Source: Orbicella franksi (lineage: Eukaryota). From it: a DNA stretch of 64,000 nucleotides. Position numbers and translations under genes: made by a program. Location of the stretch: the NCBI GenBank assembly GCA_964199315.1, contig OZ116711.1, positions 4,650,001 through 4,714,000 on the forward strand. The letters are read 5' to 3'. Below are positions 13,101 to 27,300 of this stretch, one piece after another. Every line of letters begins with the position of its first letter. Positions within the stretch are counted from its first letter, which is position 1. The notes under the pieces were generated by a model, which had not been told where the DNA came from, made no database searches, and worked only from the letters and a program-made list of their open reading frames with translations.

Positions 13101-13196
13101 TTTATAAACGCCGATTCCGAAGGCGATGGCGGCCACAGCTGCGGCACCGTAAATGACATTTTTGTCGTTTTGAAATACTGAGAAAATAGCAGGCAT
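10193..13196 (-). CDS. CKMT: Creatine kinase, mitochondrial-type, paralogue 2 (414 aa)
   Basis: Exons 13196-12599, 12169-11757, 10983-10929 ([18 protein letters not shown], missed by the ORF track), 10371-10193; 1245 nt. Same three intron positions and phases as paralogue 1; all catalytic motifs intact. Confidence 0.93.
10413..10768. mobile_element. PIF/Harbinger-like MITE in CK2 intron 3
   Basis: Repeated tttccgtccacac/gtgtggacg motifs; right end gtagtgtggaggctgcctta mirrors the internal/left ccacactacg motif. Confidence 0.55.
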
Positions 13197-13933
13197 GGCG
13201 AACTTAGCTTGAAGGGAACATCTGAATAATCCACTTTACAGATCCACCCGAATGTAAGTGATTTGGACAAAATATGTAATTGACTAATGATATTACGTCA
13301 TAAATTGAAATGGTATATTCCTTCAAGAGACTGAGTCGAGCTATTTTAGGAGTAGGTGATTCTGTTTCAACCCTTTTACAGCGTAGCCTTGAAACGTATA
13401 ATGGATTCGCAATGTTTATTTTCACGCTGTAAAGAAACAACTTTCTCTCGAGATACAGAGTATATTTGCGCCACGCGCGATTTAGCGAAACTATCCCCAG
13501 TGCCCCTCTAAATTTTTGCGCTCGTTTCACGTCTTTGTAGCACCCGTCTTTGTACGTTTCGCGACTCTGTGAATGAACTCCAAGTCGGACCAAATTGAAA
13601 TTTGAATTTTTTTTTCTTGAATTTGAATTTTGTGGACTCTCGATAATGAAAGGTTTGTGGGAGTTATGTCGGTCTTCTTTTGGTATTTCTAGAATTATAA
13701 TGTGGTTGTAAAAAGTTTATTATTTTTATTCACATGGACGTGCATATGGGGAAATTAAACAATACCAAGAAACATTTTTTCCTTCCCCTTTTGAACTTTC
13801 TGACCCCTAGTCATCTCAAGATATTTCAGTCCTCCACCACAATTTATTACAAACCCAGAAAAAAAGAAACAGAGGCCTCTGCAAAAAAGTAAAAAACTTG
13901 AGGATTACAAAAATGGCGCAGGAGCTAATAAGC

Positions 13934-14135
13934 TTAAAGGAGCTACTTTACGTTTTGCGCATCTTGAAAAGTTCAGCCTAAACTTTTCAATTTCGTTGTA
14001 TGTAATCCGTGTCAATCTTCTCCACCCTTAACTATCCTTGTTCCTTTATGGTTATTATTTTCTCGTATGTGTCTTTCTTTTTCTGTTTTTTTTTAATTAA
14101 ACTATTATTTTCAAGTTTCCTTCAATTTAAAGGTA
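13934..14135 (-). mobile_element. Kolobok-type MITE, copy 4 (inverted, truncated)
   Basis: TTAA|AGGAG terminus followed by the reverse complement of the 4481-4714 interior. Confidence 0.6.
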
Positions 14136-14804
14136 ACACCACAGTCATACAGAAAGAAGTGAAAGTAACAGGCCACTTTCGATATATCAAAATTCAGCTT
14201 GATAGCAAGGCCTAGAAGACAAAAACAAAAGAGCCATTTAATTTCCTTTGTTCATGTCCTCTAGGCCTCACTACTAAGCTGAATTTTAATATTTTGAAAA
14301 CACTCTATTGCAAAGACTGAAAGTAACCTTGCGTTGGCAGAGGCCCTTGAAGACTAAATCTCATTAACCGGTCATCAGGTGTTCTTTTTATCACCAGCAA
14401 AAAAGGAATGCCTCAACACAGGTTAAAATCTCATAGGTATTGGAAAGTCTTGGAATACAGCCAACACACTTTATATCACACCAGACTTTATTGCTCTTAA
14501 ACAAAAAATGCTGTAAGTACAACACTTTACAGAGTCAACTCATTTGCCTACAAGTTACTTTTCTTTTCATGGTCAAGATATCTACAACCAAGTTCATAAA
14601 ATGTCTATAGTAATTTAATAAACAAAAACATAAAACCTTGTGAGTAACATTGCTTTATTTAGAAATGAATATAGTATGTTCAGAAATGTTTGTCTTTCAA
14701 ACTCTGTAAATATTTCCATACATTTTTAAATATCATGGTTCCAACCTTTGCAGAGAGTAAACACTGTATGTTTTACTAATAGTCAAAACAACACACCATT
14801 ACTA

Positions 14805-14976
14805 GGGTTTCATTAACGGCCAGGCACAGGGCAAAATGACCAGCTGCAAGATGATTTTGCCTGCCTGGTTTGACAATCTAGGGAAAGTGTTTCTTATAAA
14901 GAAGTTTAGTTCGAAAAATATTGCCCACCTGTGAAAATCAGTTGCCAAAATGCTGAAAATGTTAATGACACCCCTG
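14805..14976. mobile_element. hAT-type MITE downstream of DDX41
   Basis: TIR gggtttcattaac ... gttaatgacacccctg flanked by an 8-bp direct repeat CATTACTA (14797-14804 and 14977-14984). Confidence 0.55.
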
Positions 14977-15228
14977 CATTACTACAATGCATATCTAGTA
15001 TGACAACCAGTATGAAAAATAGTTCCTTTCATTACAAGTTTGTTTCTTTTGGTATCTGAATATTTTACAACAGTTGCAGTTTTTTTTTCCAAGAGCCCCT
15101 GCCTCATGCCAGACAATTTTTCTTTGCAAGTAACTTTGGTGACTTTTTAACACAACTGTTTGATATACCAGTTGACTTCCACAATGTCTTTCATGACCTA
15201 ATCACCAGTGGCACATTAGGTTGATTTA

Positions 15229-18387
<3,159 letters not shown>

Positions 18388-21300
18388 ATGCGGCGATGGG
18401 GTGGACTAAAGAGTTGTTTCTCGGTAGAGTGCGAGGGCAATGGTGACATGGCTGTTTTAGATCTGCGGCATTGCAATCTATCTTCCGTGCCAACAGATGT
18501 CTTCAGGGCTGAGCCAAACTTGGAAGAAATTTACCTGGATGCTAATCAGATTAGAGAATTACCAAGGGTACTTTGAAGAGTTTATTTATTTTTACTTCGA
18601 CTCGGTCGTTTTAATTTAGTGTTCGTAATTTTGACATTGCTACGTTGGTATTTAAAAAGCGTTAACTTTTCCTTTGTTTTTTTCTGCCGCAGGCGTTGTT
18701 CGGGCTGCACAGTTTACACATCCTTGGCTTGAGTGATAATGAATTAACTGTGTTACCATCAGCTGTTTCAAACTTAACGAATTTACGAGAAGTTGACATC
18801 AGCAAGAACGGTGAGAAGTTATTTACTGCACTACCGCGTACGTTCGAATCGAACGTTATCTGAAAATTCTCTTGGTCTGTCGCTTATATCGTTCAGATCG
18901 ATTAATCTTCATCTGTTTTTTGAAGGTATAATTGATTTGCCAGAAAGTGTGAAAAATTGCAAATGTCTGGAGCAGTTTGATGCGAGCGTGAATCCAATCG
19001 GAAAGTGAGTAATCGCAAGGAACATTTTTGTATACACTCTTATATTGTCTTAATGCTTACTCTCTGTCTGTCTTTTGTTTTCGTTTTAATATTCTTATCA
19101 GAAGTCAACGTCTTTTTGCAAACTTTGTTATCAGCTGTTTGCTGTTCGTATCGGATTTCTTAGACTTGATATAAGAAGTTTTCCAGCGCATGATACATCT
19201 GTTGAACTAAAATATATTGCGCCAGAAAAAAATTAATTTTGGAAATTATCCAATTAAGATATTTCTTAAAAGTTGATGTTTTAATACGTGTTTCGTGTCA
19301 AGTATATTTAATTTGTTTAATTTTCTTTGTTCTGTTAATTTATCTTGATCAAGAATGGTGTGTGGTTTTTAAACTGTTCTACAAGAAAAGTATTAGGAAA
19401 AAAATTATAAATGAGCTTTTAAGGTAGAATTCACACCACAGAAAGCCTTGTAAACTTGCCAAAGTCATGTATTATGTCAAAAAAACCCACCCACACAACA
19501 GGAATTTGACAACTTAAGAGAAATTTAACTAATTTTGTCACATGCAGGTGAGTGTTTTCTGTTTTCTGATTATGTAAGAGTCTTATGACAGTATATTAAT
19601 GCAAAGCATTCATCCTTTAAGACATTCTTAATATTGTTTGAGGATTAAATTTGTTTGATAATCCTGTTAAACAGGATTTTTGTGAAGATCCTGAAGGGTC
19701 GTCAAAAGGATCTTCAAAATTCTCAATCTCAATAAAGGTTCTCAAGGATTTTCGAGGGTCTTAAAGTAACTTGCCAAGATCTTTGAGGGCCTTGCAAAGA
19801 CCTTTAAAAGAGCTTTGGCAAGATAATTTCTGAGATCTTTATAGATTGTCATCAAATTCAGGATCTTGAGAGGTTAAGGATCTTTGAAGAAATCCCTATA
19901 TGTTTAAGAATCTTTGGCAATGCCTTAAAGATTCCTGATGTGACATGGATCTTTTAATTATCACATGTAAAGAGCTTAACAATATAATTAATTATCCTAG
20001 CAAAAATCCTTTGAAAGACCTCAGCAAGATCCCTTAAGATCCTGCTATGTTTTTCACCAGAGATGGCTCTTTGCATTATTCGTGATATAGATTTCATGAA
20101 CGCAATAAAACACAGTTGTCCATGTTTTATAATTAATTTAATTTCTTTTATAAATTATGTTCTTTTTAGCCAACCAAACTGTGTCACAATTTGTGACTCA
20201 AAGAAATGATCAGAGCACAACAGAAATGTGCAGTTCTTGAAAAAAAATCATGGAAGATCATTGGAAATTCTGAGGTGGTGAGAGGGGGTGGATCTCAAAA
20301 TATCAAAAGGTTTAAAGGAAAGTATGGAGCTAACTGGAATTTCTGGGGGGTAGGAGGGGGTTCAAACAAAAAAAAAACCTTTCCTGGAAAGGGTATGAAT
20401 TTTTTCTTGAACTTAACTATTTTTATGAGTGTTCCTTCTTTTCTCTTCCCAAATTCTAACTTGATTGTTCTGTTCCCTCATGTTGAAATTATTAAGTTCT
20501 AGAAAATTGTTACTTCATTTTCCCAGAATTCCGGATGGCTTTACCCAGCTATTAAATTTGACACATGTCTATTTGAATGATGCGTTTTTAGATCGTCTGC
20601 CATCTAATTTTGGAAGGTAAGTTAAGTTTTGTGTTAATTTAGACCTGTGTTTTGATTATCCTGACTTTTTCTTCTTTTATGCCAAGTGTAGCTTTGTTTC
20701 TTGTAGGCATGTCACGACTACGGTTACCATTTCTGTTCTTGTTTGTAGGTTATCAAAGCTCAAGGTTCTTGAACTGAGAGAGAACCACTTACGGTCCTTG
20801 CCAGAGTGAGTGCTGTTATATTTTTTTGTTAAAGGACAAACTATTAATTTTTTGAGGGGAGTTGGGCAATTTTCCCCCAAAATCTCTGCACAGCAGAAAC
20901 TGCTGGAAAAAAAAAACATGTAAGGGGGCCCATGGGAGGAAAAAATTGAGCAAGTGCTATCTATTATCTAGGACCTATTCTTGATGTTAAAAAATTCTTA
21001 CACAAGCTATTGTCCACCAAGTTTATTTTTATATGGTGATGTTTATTTTCCTTTGCCTTGTTTTTAAAAGGTCTATGTCATATTTTACACAACTAGAAAG
21101 ACTTGATATTGGAAACAATGAATTTATTGAACTGGTAGGTATTTGGTAAAAAATTAAACATCAGGTGTATATAATTTTATCTGTCTCTTATATGTTTTTT
21201 TTAGTATCATATAGTTTCATGAAGCACATAACATATGTGATTTTGCATTCCAAAAAAGGTTAATGAGTACTTCCCTAACTCATGAACTGCCATTTTCAGA

Positions 21301-24300
21301 TAATTTTTCAGTATAGGTATGATGTCCTCTTTAAGTACCGAGTAATAAGTGAGAACTTCTAGATTTAAAGATGGTGGTTTTTTTCGTAGCCAACAGTTGT
21401 TGGATGCTTGGTCAATCTTAAAGAACTCTGGATGGATAGTAATGGTGTAAGAGAGCTTCCCCCAGTAAGTATTGAAAACTGTACTTTCTGTACCTAAGGT
21501 GAATGAATAACTAGTGAGTTATCTACAAGTAGCTAGTTGCTACTAGAGCATAATGCTTTCTAGAAACATGGGATGGCCTGGCATCTCATTCAGGGATGTG
21601 TGTTTATTGCTCAAGCTAGCTGGGTAAGTAACAGACAGGGATAGTGGTCATATGTTTTATTTACGGGTTGAAAATCATGCCACATTTAAAATTTTCACAA
21701 GTGCATTATTCTGTTGTTCAGAGTATGTTCCCAAAATGAGCTAAAAAAAAACCCAGAAATTGCTGATAGTTAGATGGCTCTTGGCCAGCTTTTGTCACAA
21801 ATCACTCATCCCCTATAGAATCTACACTGGTGCCTTTTAGGGGTGCAGAATGAACTAGAACCACACCCAAAATTCTGGTACCTGTGGGGGTTTTGGGAGG
21901 GGGGGGATCTGTGAATTTCTTACAGGCTTACCTATCAGAGGGGTTCCTGTGGGGTTAATTGGTTTTATTATTTCAGTGAAGTGGGTGATTAACTCTAATG
22001 CTATGGATATTTTTTCTTTAGGAAATAGGACTCCTTCGACAGCTTTTGTTTCTTGATGTTTCCAAAAACCAGCTGGAGCGTCTTCCACCAGAAATAGAAT
22101 GTCTTCAGTCCCTCACTGATCTTTATTTGTCCAACAATCTGTTACTTGAGTTACTTGAAAACATTGGTAAGTATCATTTTCTGAATGTTACTTGATTGAC
22201 TCTCCTAGTCAATGAACCCTGGGGAGTAATTGTGGTTTAATTCAAATTCTCTGACAAGCACCCTTGACCTTTTCATAAGGGAGTCCCCCAAGCCAATGAA
22301 CCATTTATTAGTCTAAGAATGGGAGTGTTTTTTTTCAAACACAGCTAAACATTAAAAGAGTTTAGATTTTTCCCTTATTTGCCTGAATCTTGCTAGTTAC
22401 ATTGTGTTATTTTTGTAGACCATTTTGGTCCCTAACTAAAATATTGTTGAGTACATGTACAAATCCTTGCTGGTTGGGAATTATTCATAATTATAAACTG
22501 TTCCCTATCTTAATTTGTTTTAATCCTTTTGCTAACATTGAAGAACTTCTTGTGTTGACTAGGTTCCCTTGGAAATTTACAGACACTTAAACTTGACGAG
22601 AATCACCTTGTAGAACTTCCAGCCAGTATAGGAAGGTAATTCATGTATTTTTATCACTTCTTCAACTTCATTTGCTCCTTCTTTATTTCTTCTCACCGCT
22701 GGTTAGTTTGACAAGAGCATATTCACTTACACTGTAAAGTGAAGGGGGCTTCTGGGAAAAAAACGTTCCTTTTTATTCATATTGTTGACTTCTTGGTTAA
22801 TCTGATATCTGAGTTTTTATGGTTCTTGTTACTTATTTCTGTCAGCACTTTCACTTTTTTTGTGTATTGTGTGTATCAAGAAAATATCTATACACAACCC
22901 AAGGGGAGTTACTGGAAATTCCAAGCAGGGTTGGGGGGGGGGGGGGGGGGGGGGGAGGTGGGGTCAAAACCCAAATCTTTATTGGCCACTGTGAACCAAA
23001 ACTGGAATTTCCAGAGGGGTTTTGGGGGTGGTTTTTTGGGGGGGAGGGGAGTGGGGGTGGGTTCAAACCAAACAATCTCTATGGGAGGGGTGTTTCTGGA
23101 ACAACACATTGTTTCACTGCTATTCATCAGACTATTGTGAATTTATGTTTTATTTTAAATACTTATTTTAGATTGTCCAATCTTGAAGAACTTGTGGTAA
23201 ATCACAATGAATTGGAGGTAAATCTTTGATTTGTTTTATTTACTTCAAGGTATATAAAAATGAAAAAAATGTTATTATGAGCATATTGATGCTTTGATAT
23301 TAGTAAATAAATTTGAACCCTGGACTTAAATGTTTTTTTTTCATGTATTTTCTGTCTTCTTTACAACAATGTGTTGCAGAGTTTACCATCCTCTATTGGA
23401 TACTTGAGGAAACTACGTATCTTATATGCTGATGAAAACTTTTTGGAGGCAATCCCATTAGAGGTATTTTTGTCATTTTTGGAGTAACATGTAATAAATT
23501 AGTATCCATCTAAGGGTTGGCAGCAAGACCAGTAATCTAATGTCCTGTCATTTTTATGTCAAGTAGATCACGGAGAAGTGGATTGTATGAATGATTTCAA
23601 TACTTGCAAAGCGCTTCTATCCAATAAAATTACACAAATCAGATATTCACAACTTTGTTTTGTTTGCCAGTTAGGTAGCTGTATATCAATGACTATACTA
23701 TCATTACGCGACAACAGGATTGTGCGAATCCCTGATGATATTGGTCGCATGCCAAACCTTCAAGTTATGAACCTTGCATGCAACAGGTGAGATGACTAAG
23801 CCTTCATGATCAACTTCATGTTTCTCCTAACTTTCTCAGTACATTTTCTATATTTTCATTTGGGAGAAATTTGTTGTAATCTAAGACACTTTGAGCATCT
23901 GCTCCACCAGCTTTAACATTCCACTGTGATGATTAGTGATTCCACAAGTACTCATTTGGTCTTAACTTGTTCTTTACTCTTAATCAACAGATTAGAATGT
24001 TTGCCATATACTTTCAGAAAGCTGACCAGTTTAAAAGCTCTATGGCTTTCAGAAAACCAGGTAGCAGAGGGTGTCTCTAAAATCACCTTTTCTCAATTCA
24101 TAAATCAATGGTAACTTAATAAACGTAATTGTTGTTCAGTAGATAAATCTTTTGGCTTTCTGTTTCAGTCCAAGCCAATGGTTCCTCTACAGTCTGATTT
24201 TGATCATGGAACTCAGTCACATGTGCTGACATGCTTTATGTTTCCACAACAGCCTCCTGCTGACGAAGGTATGGTATGAGCAATATTGGTGTCCCTTAGC

Positions 24301-27300
24301 TATCTTATTTTGGTACCTCTCTCTCTCTCTCTTTCTCCGTCACTTTCAACTGTCAGTCTGCCCATCCATCTGTCCACCCTTTTCTCCTCTCTCCCTTTCC
24401 TTCCTTCCATCCTGTACATGTCCATGCATCCTTCTCTTGTCCCTCCCTCCCTCTCTCCCTCCGTCCTTTTTTGCCTGTGTTCCTCTTATTTTACAGTGAT
24501 AGATGGGTTCTACAATTGTTGTAGTATTAAACTTTCAAGGTTCAGACCTTCACTTCACTTTTGTTCCTACAATTTCTCTTTCATCAGTTCCTTCAGAACA
24601 ATACAGTGAGGATTCGGCAGGCAGCATTCCAGCCTCTCTACTTGAAGAACAAATCAGGCAAAGATCTTCCATTGTGTTCAACATTGATGAAGATGACTAT
24701 TTGGTAAGTGAGTTTCACAAATAAAGGTCATTTTTTTACAGAGTAAACCCTGAAGGGGTACTCCCAGATATAAGCCATATGGGTATGGTCAGGCACTTTA
24801 GTCTGGGATGGGGTAGAGAAATCAGACAGGTTTGGTCTAGAATAGGGTGTAATGTATTGGGAAAGTGGCCACTGTACAGAACAGAGTTCTTTACCTGGGG
24901 TTCTGTGATAGAAATAATTGAAATGCAGAAGTGACTTTGTAAGATATTGGTTTAGTTAGCACATATTGGACTAGGATAGTGATAAAGGTTCTGCATGGAA
25001 AATAGCTAGTCTGGGATAAGATAGGGGTTTTTGGTGCCTGGTCTAGAATAGCGTTGCAAAATCAAGGTAACAGTGGTCTAATATAGGGTAAGGGTTTCAG
25101 TTTCCCAGTGACACACTCCTACCCAAAGCTTTGTAGAGTGTTCCCCCCCTCCCTGGGGAGTAAACATTGTTTTCTGTGTTTATATGTTCTTGCAGTCACG
25201 GTTAGCCCGGTATCAATCACCTTATCCCAAAGATGTGAAGGATCGTGCAGCGCAATATCTTGCAAGCAGACGGCAGCAACAGCAACAGGAGACAGAGGTA
25301 ACCCAACCTGTATTACCCTCACAGCACCAGTGTCATCAGCAAGAACGGCACCAGTATAGATACCAGTATCAGCACAGAAAACCTCACTCGGTGAGAACTG
25401 CACGCACTTTACTAACCTAACCTCAAAATGTTGATTTTCGTCACTAACTGCCCTTAATTTTTTTAATGTCAGTTCTGAGAATGTAGTGGTAAATCACGGC
25501 AACATCTCTTAGCTGATGAATTTTTTTATTCTCAGTACCTGTCTACTAGACACTATATTGGTTACTGCAAGCAGAAACAAGTTGTTCATTGCTTTTGGGA
25601 TATAAGGGCTAAAAACTAGTGTACAAATGAAAGCACCCTATCCAGAATCACTCATGCCAAATAGGTGTTCTTGTGTTCCAGGATTTTCTTACCAGAAATT
25701 ACACTGTTTCGCCCTAAGTGTGTGATACCTGTACATTATAACTGTTAAATATAAAATTTCCTTAAAAATTACAGAAATACATTGACCTTTTGATTGCTTC
25801 TCTGCAACCTGCAATTTTTACTGGAGATTTTGCCAGGCCAAAGAACACCGCATTCATATGTCTTTACAAAAACTATTCTTTAAACTATAATAAGGATGCT
25901 CACACTCACCATGGGAGATGTAATTAAGGATCTAGAACTGTTAAAATTTACTATAGATGAAGCCGAAATAAAAGAATTGGGACTTTCCTATCCCAGATTC
26001 CCAGATTTACCTGTTTTCCTTTTTTCCACCAAGCTGGGAGCAAGGAACAGACAACAGTCAGTAAATTATGTACCGCCCTGAACTGATATTCAGTTTCCCA
26101 GCCATCGGATAACCCCCAATAAATTACTACACAACACCGACCACCGCATAGCTTGTTATCAATATTGTACTTTTTCAAGTCAAATATCAGATTTTTCCTG
26201 AACAGGAGAAAAACAAGACGTGCAAGGTAAGGTGTCTTTTTACGCAGGGTATAACTTCTCTTACAGTCTACAGATTCGAACAGTACACAACAGCAGCAAC
26301 AAGCTGGTCAACAGCAACCCGTGGCAGTGGTGGTACAGTCAGTAGATCGTAGCCAGCAGCCGCAGTTATTAAGGCCTCAAGAGGTGCGTACAGTTGAGGT
26401 GCCCTGGTATGAAGATCAGGTTGGTTCCTGTGCTTTCTCAGTTCCAGTAGCCTGCTTGGCTGGCACAGAACGAGGAAGAGAAGGGGAGTTTGGGTACCAG
26501 TACAAAGCCTGAGGAGAGTGTACAAAACGTTGTCTCTTCAGGTTTTGCTCTTGCGTCTGAATTATCCTTTTCTCTTCTCTTTCTATGTCTGCCATGCGGG
26601 TTCTAGTTCAAGAGAAAAAAGTACATTACCAACAGATTGTTCTTACTTCGAAGGGACCACAGCATCATACACACCTAACTTCTAGTTTCCCAACTGAGGC
26701 TGAACGTTCCTTATTTTTAGTTTATTTGAGCCTGAAAAATGTTCCTTGGATTGGCTTATTTTGATTTAAAATTTGAAAAAATATCGATGCTATAGTAAAT
26801 CATTATAAAGCGCGTTTAAATATATTTGTTTATGTCTTGATAACATCACGGTCAAGTGAAATTACTTGACACCCTTTCTGTATGTGATATATTTCTTTAT
26901 TTTGCCTTTTTTTCAAGAATGTGACAAGTTAAACTTTTGCCCACATGTTAGCCTTGGGTAACGCCCTTAGCATTTTGTAATATTATTAACTTCTTTCAGT
27001 TTCTTGTCCAAAGAAGGTTTTATAACCAAAAGGAACTGAAATTTACTTTTAGTTGTTTTGGATCAGTTTATTAGCATACCAACATTGATATACGGTGATG
27101 AAATTGTGCTGTCAGTTCAAGCTTAGAATTGTTTACTTGCGAATTTACATTTCAAAATGACCTTTTCGTTTGAATAACTAGCGAGATACCCTTGTAATCT
27201 CGAACATGAGTAGCCCCTCTTTTCCCATTTCCTTGGAGCTAAAAGCGCTAATAAGAGCAAGGAACAAAAAAAAGGCTTCTCTCAGTCAGTGTCGATTGTA

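Noticed and set aside
22150-22166. LRR consensus Pro replaced by Leu (LELLENIG) as a sign of LAP1 decay
   Set aside because: A single substitution in an otherwise intact 22-exon frame; it may be a polymorphism or a base error.
22739-23229. Gly/Pro-rich ORFs on both strands
   Set aside because: Artefacts of the G run and G-rich repeat inside LAP1 introns.
26206-26226. 21-nt micro-exon (EKNKTCK) in LAP1
   Set aside because: Good AG/GT sites and phase 0, but only 40 nt from the next acceptor, which is too short for joint inclusion. Left out of the model pending RNA data.
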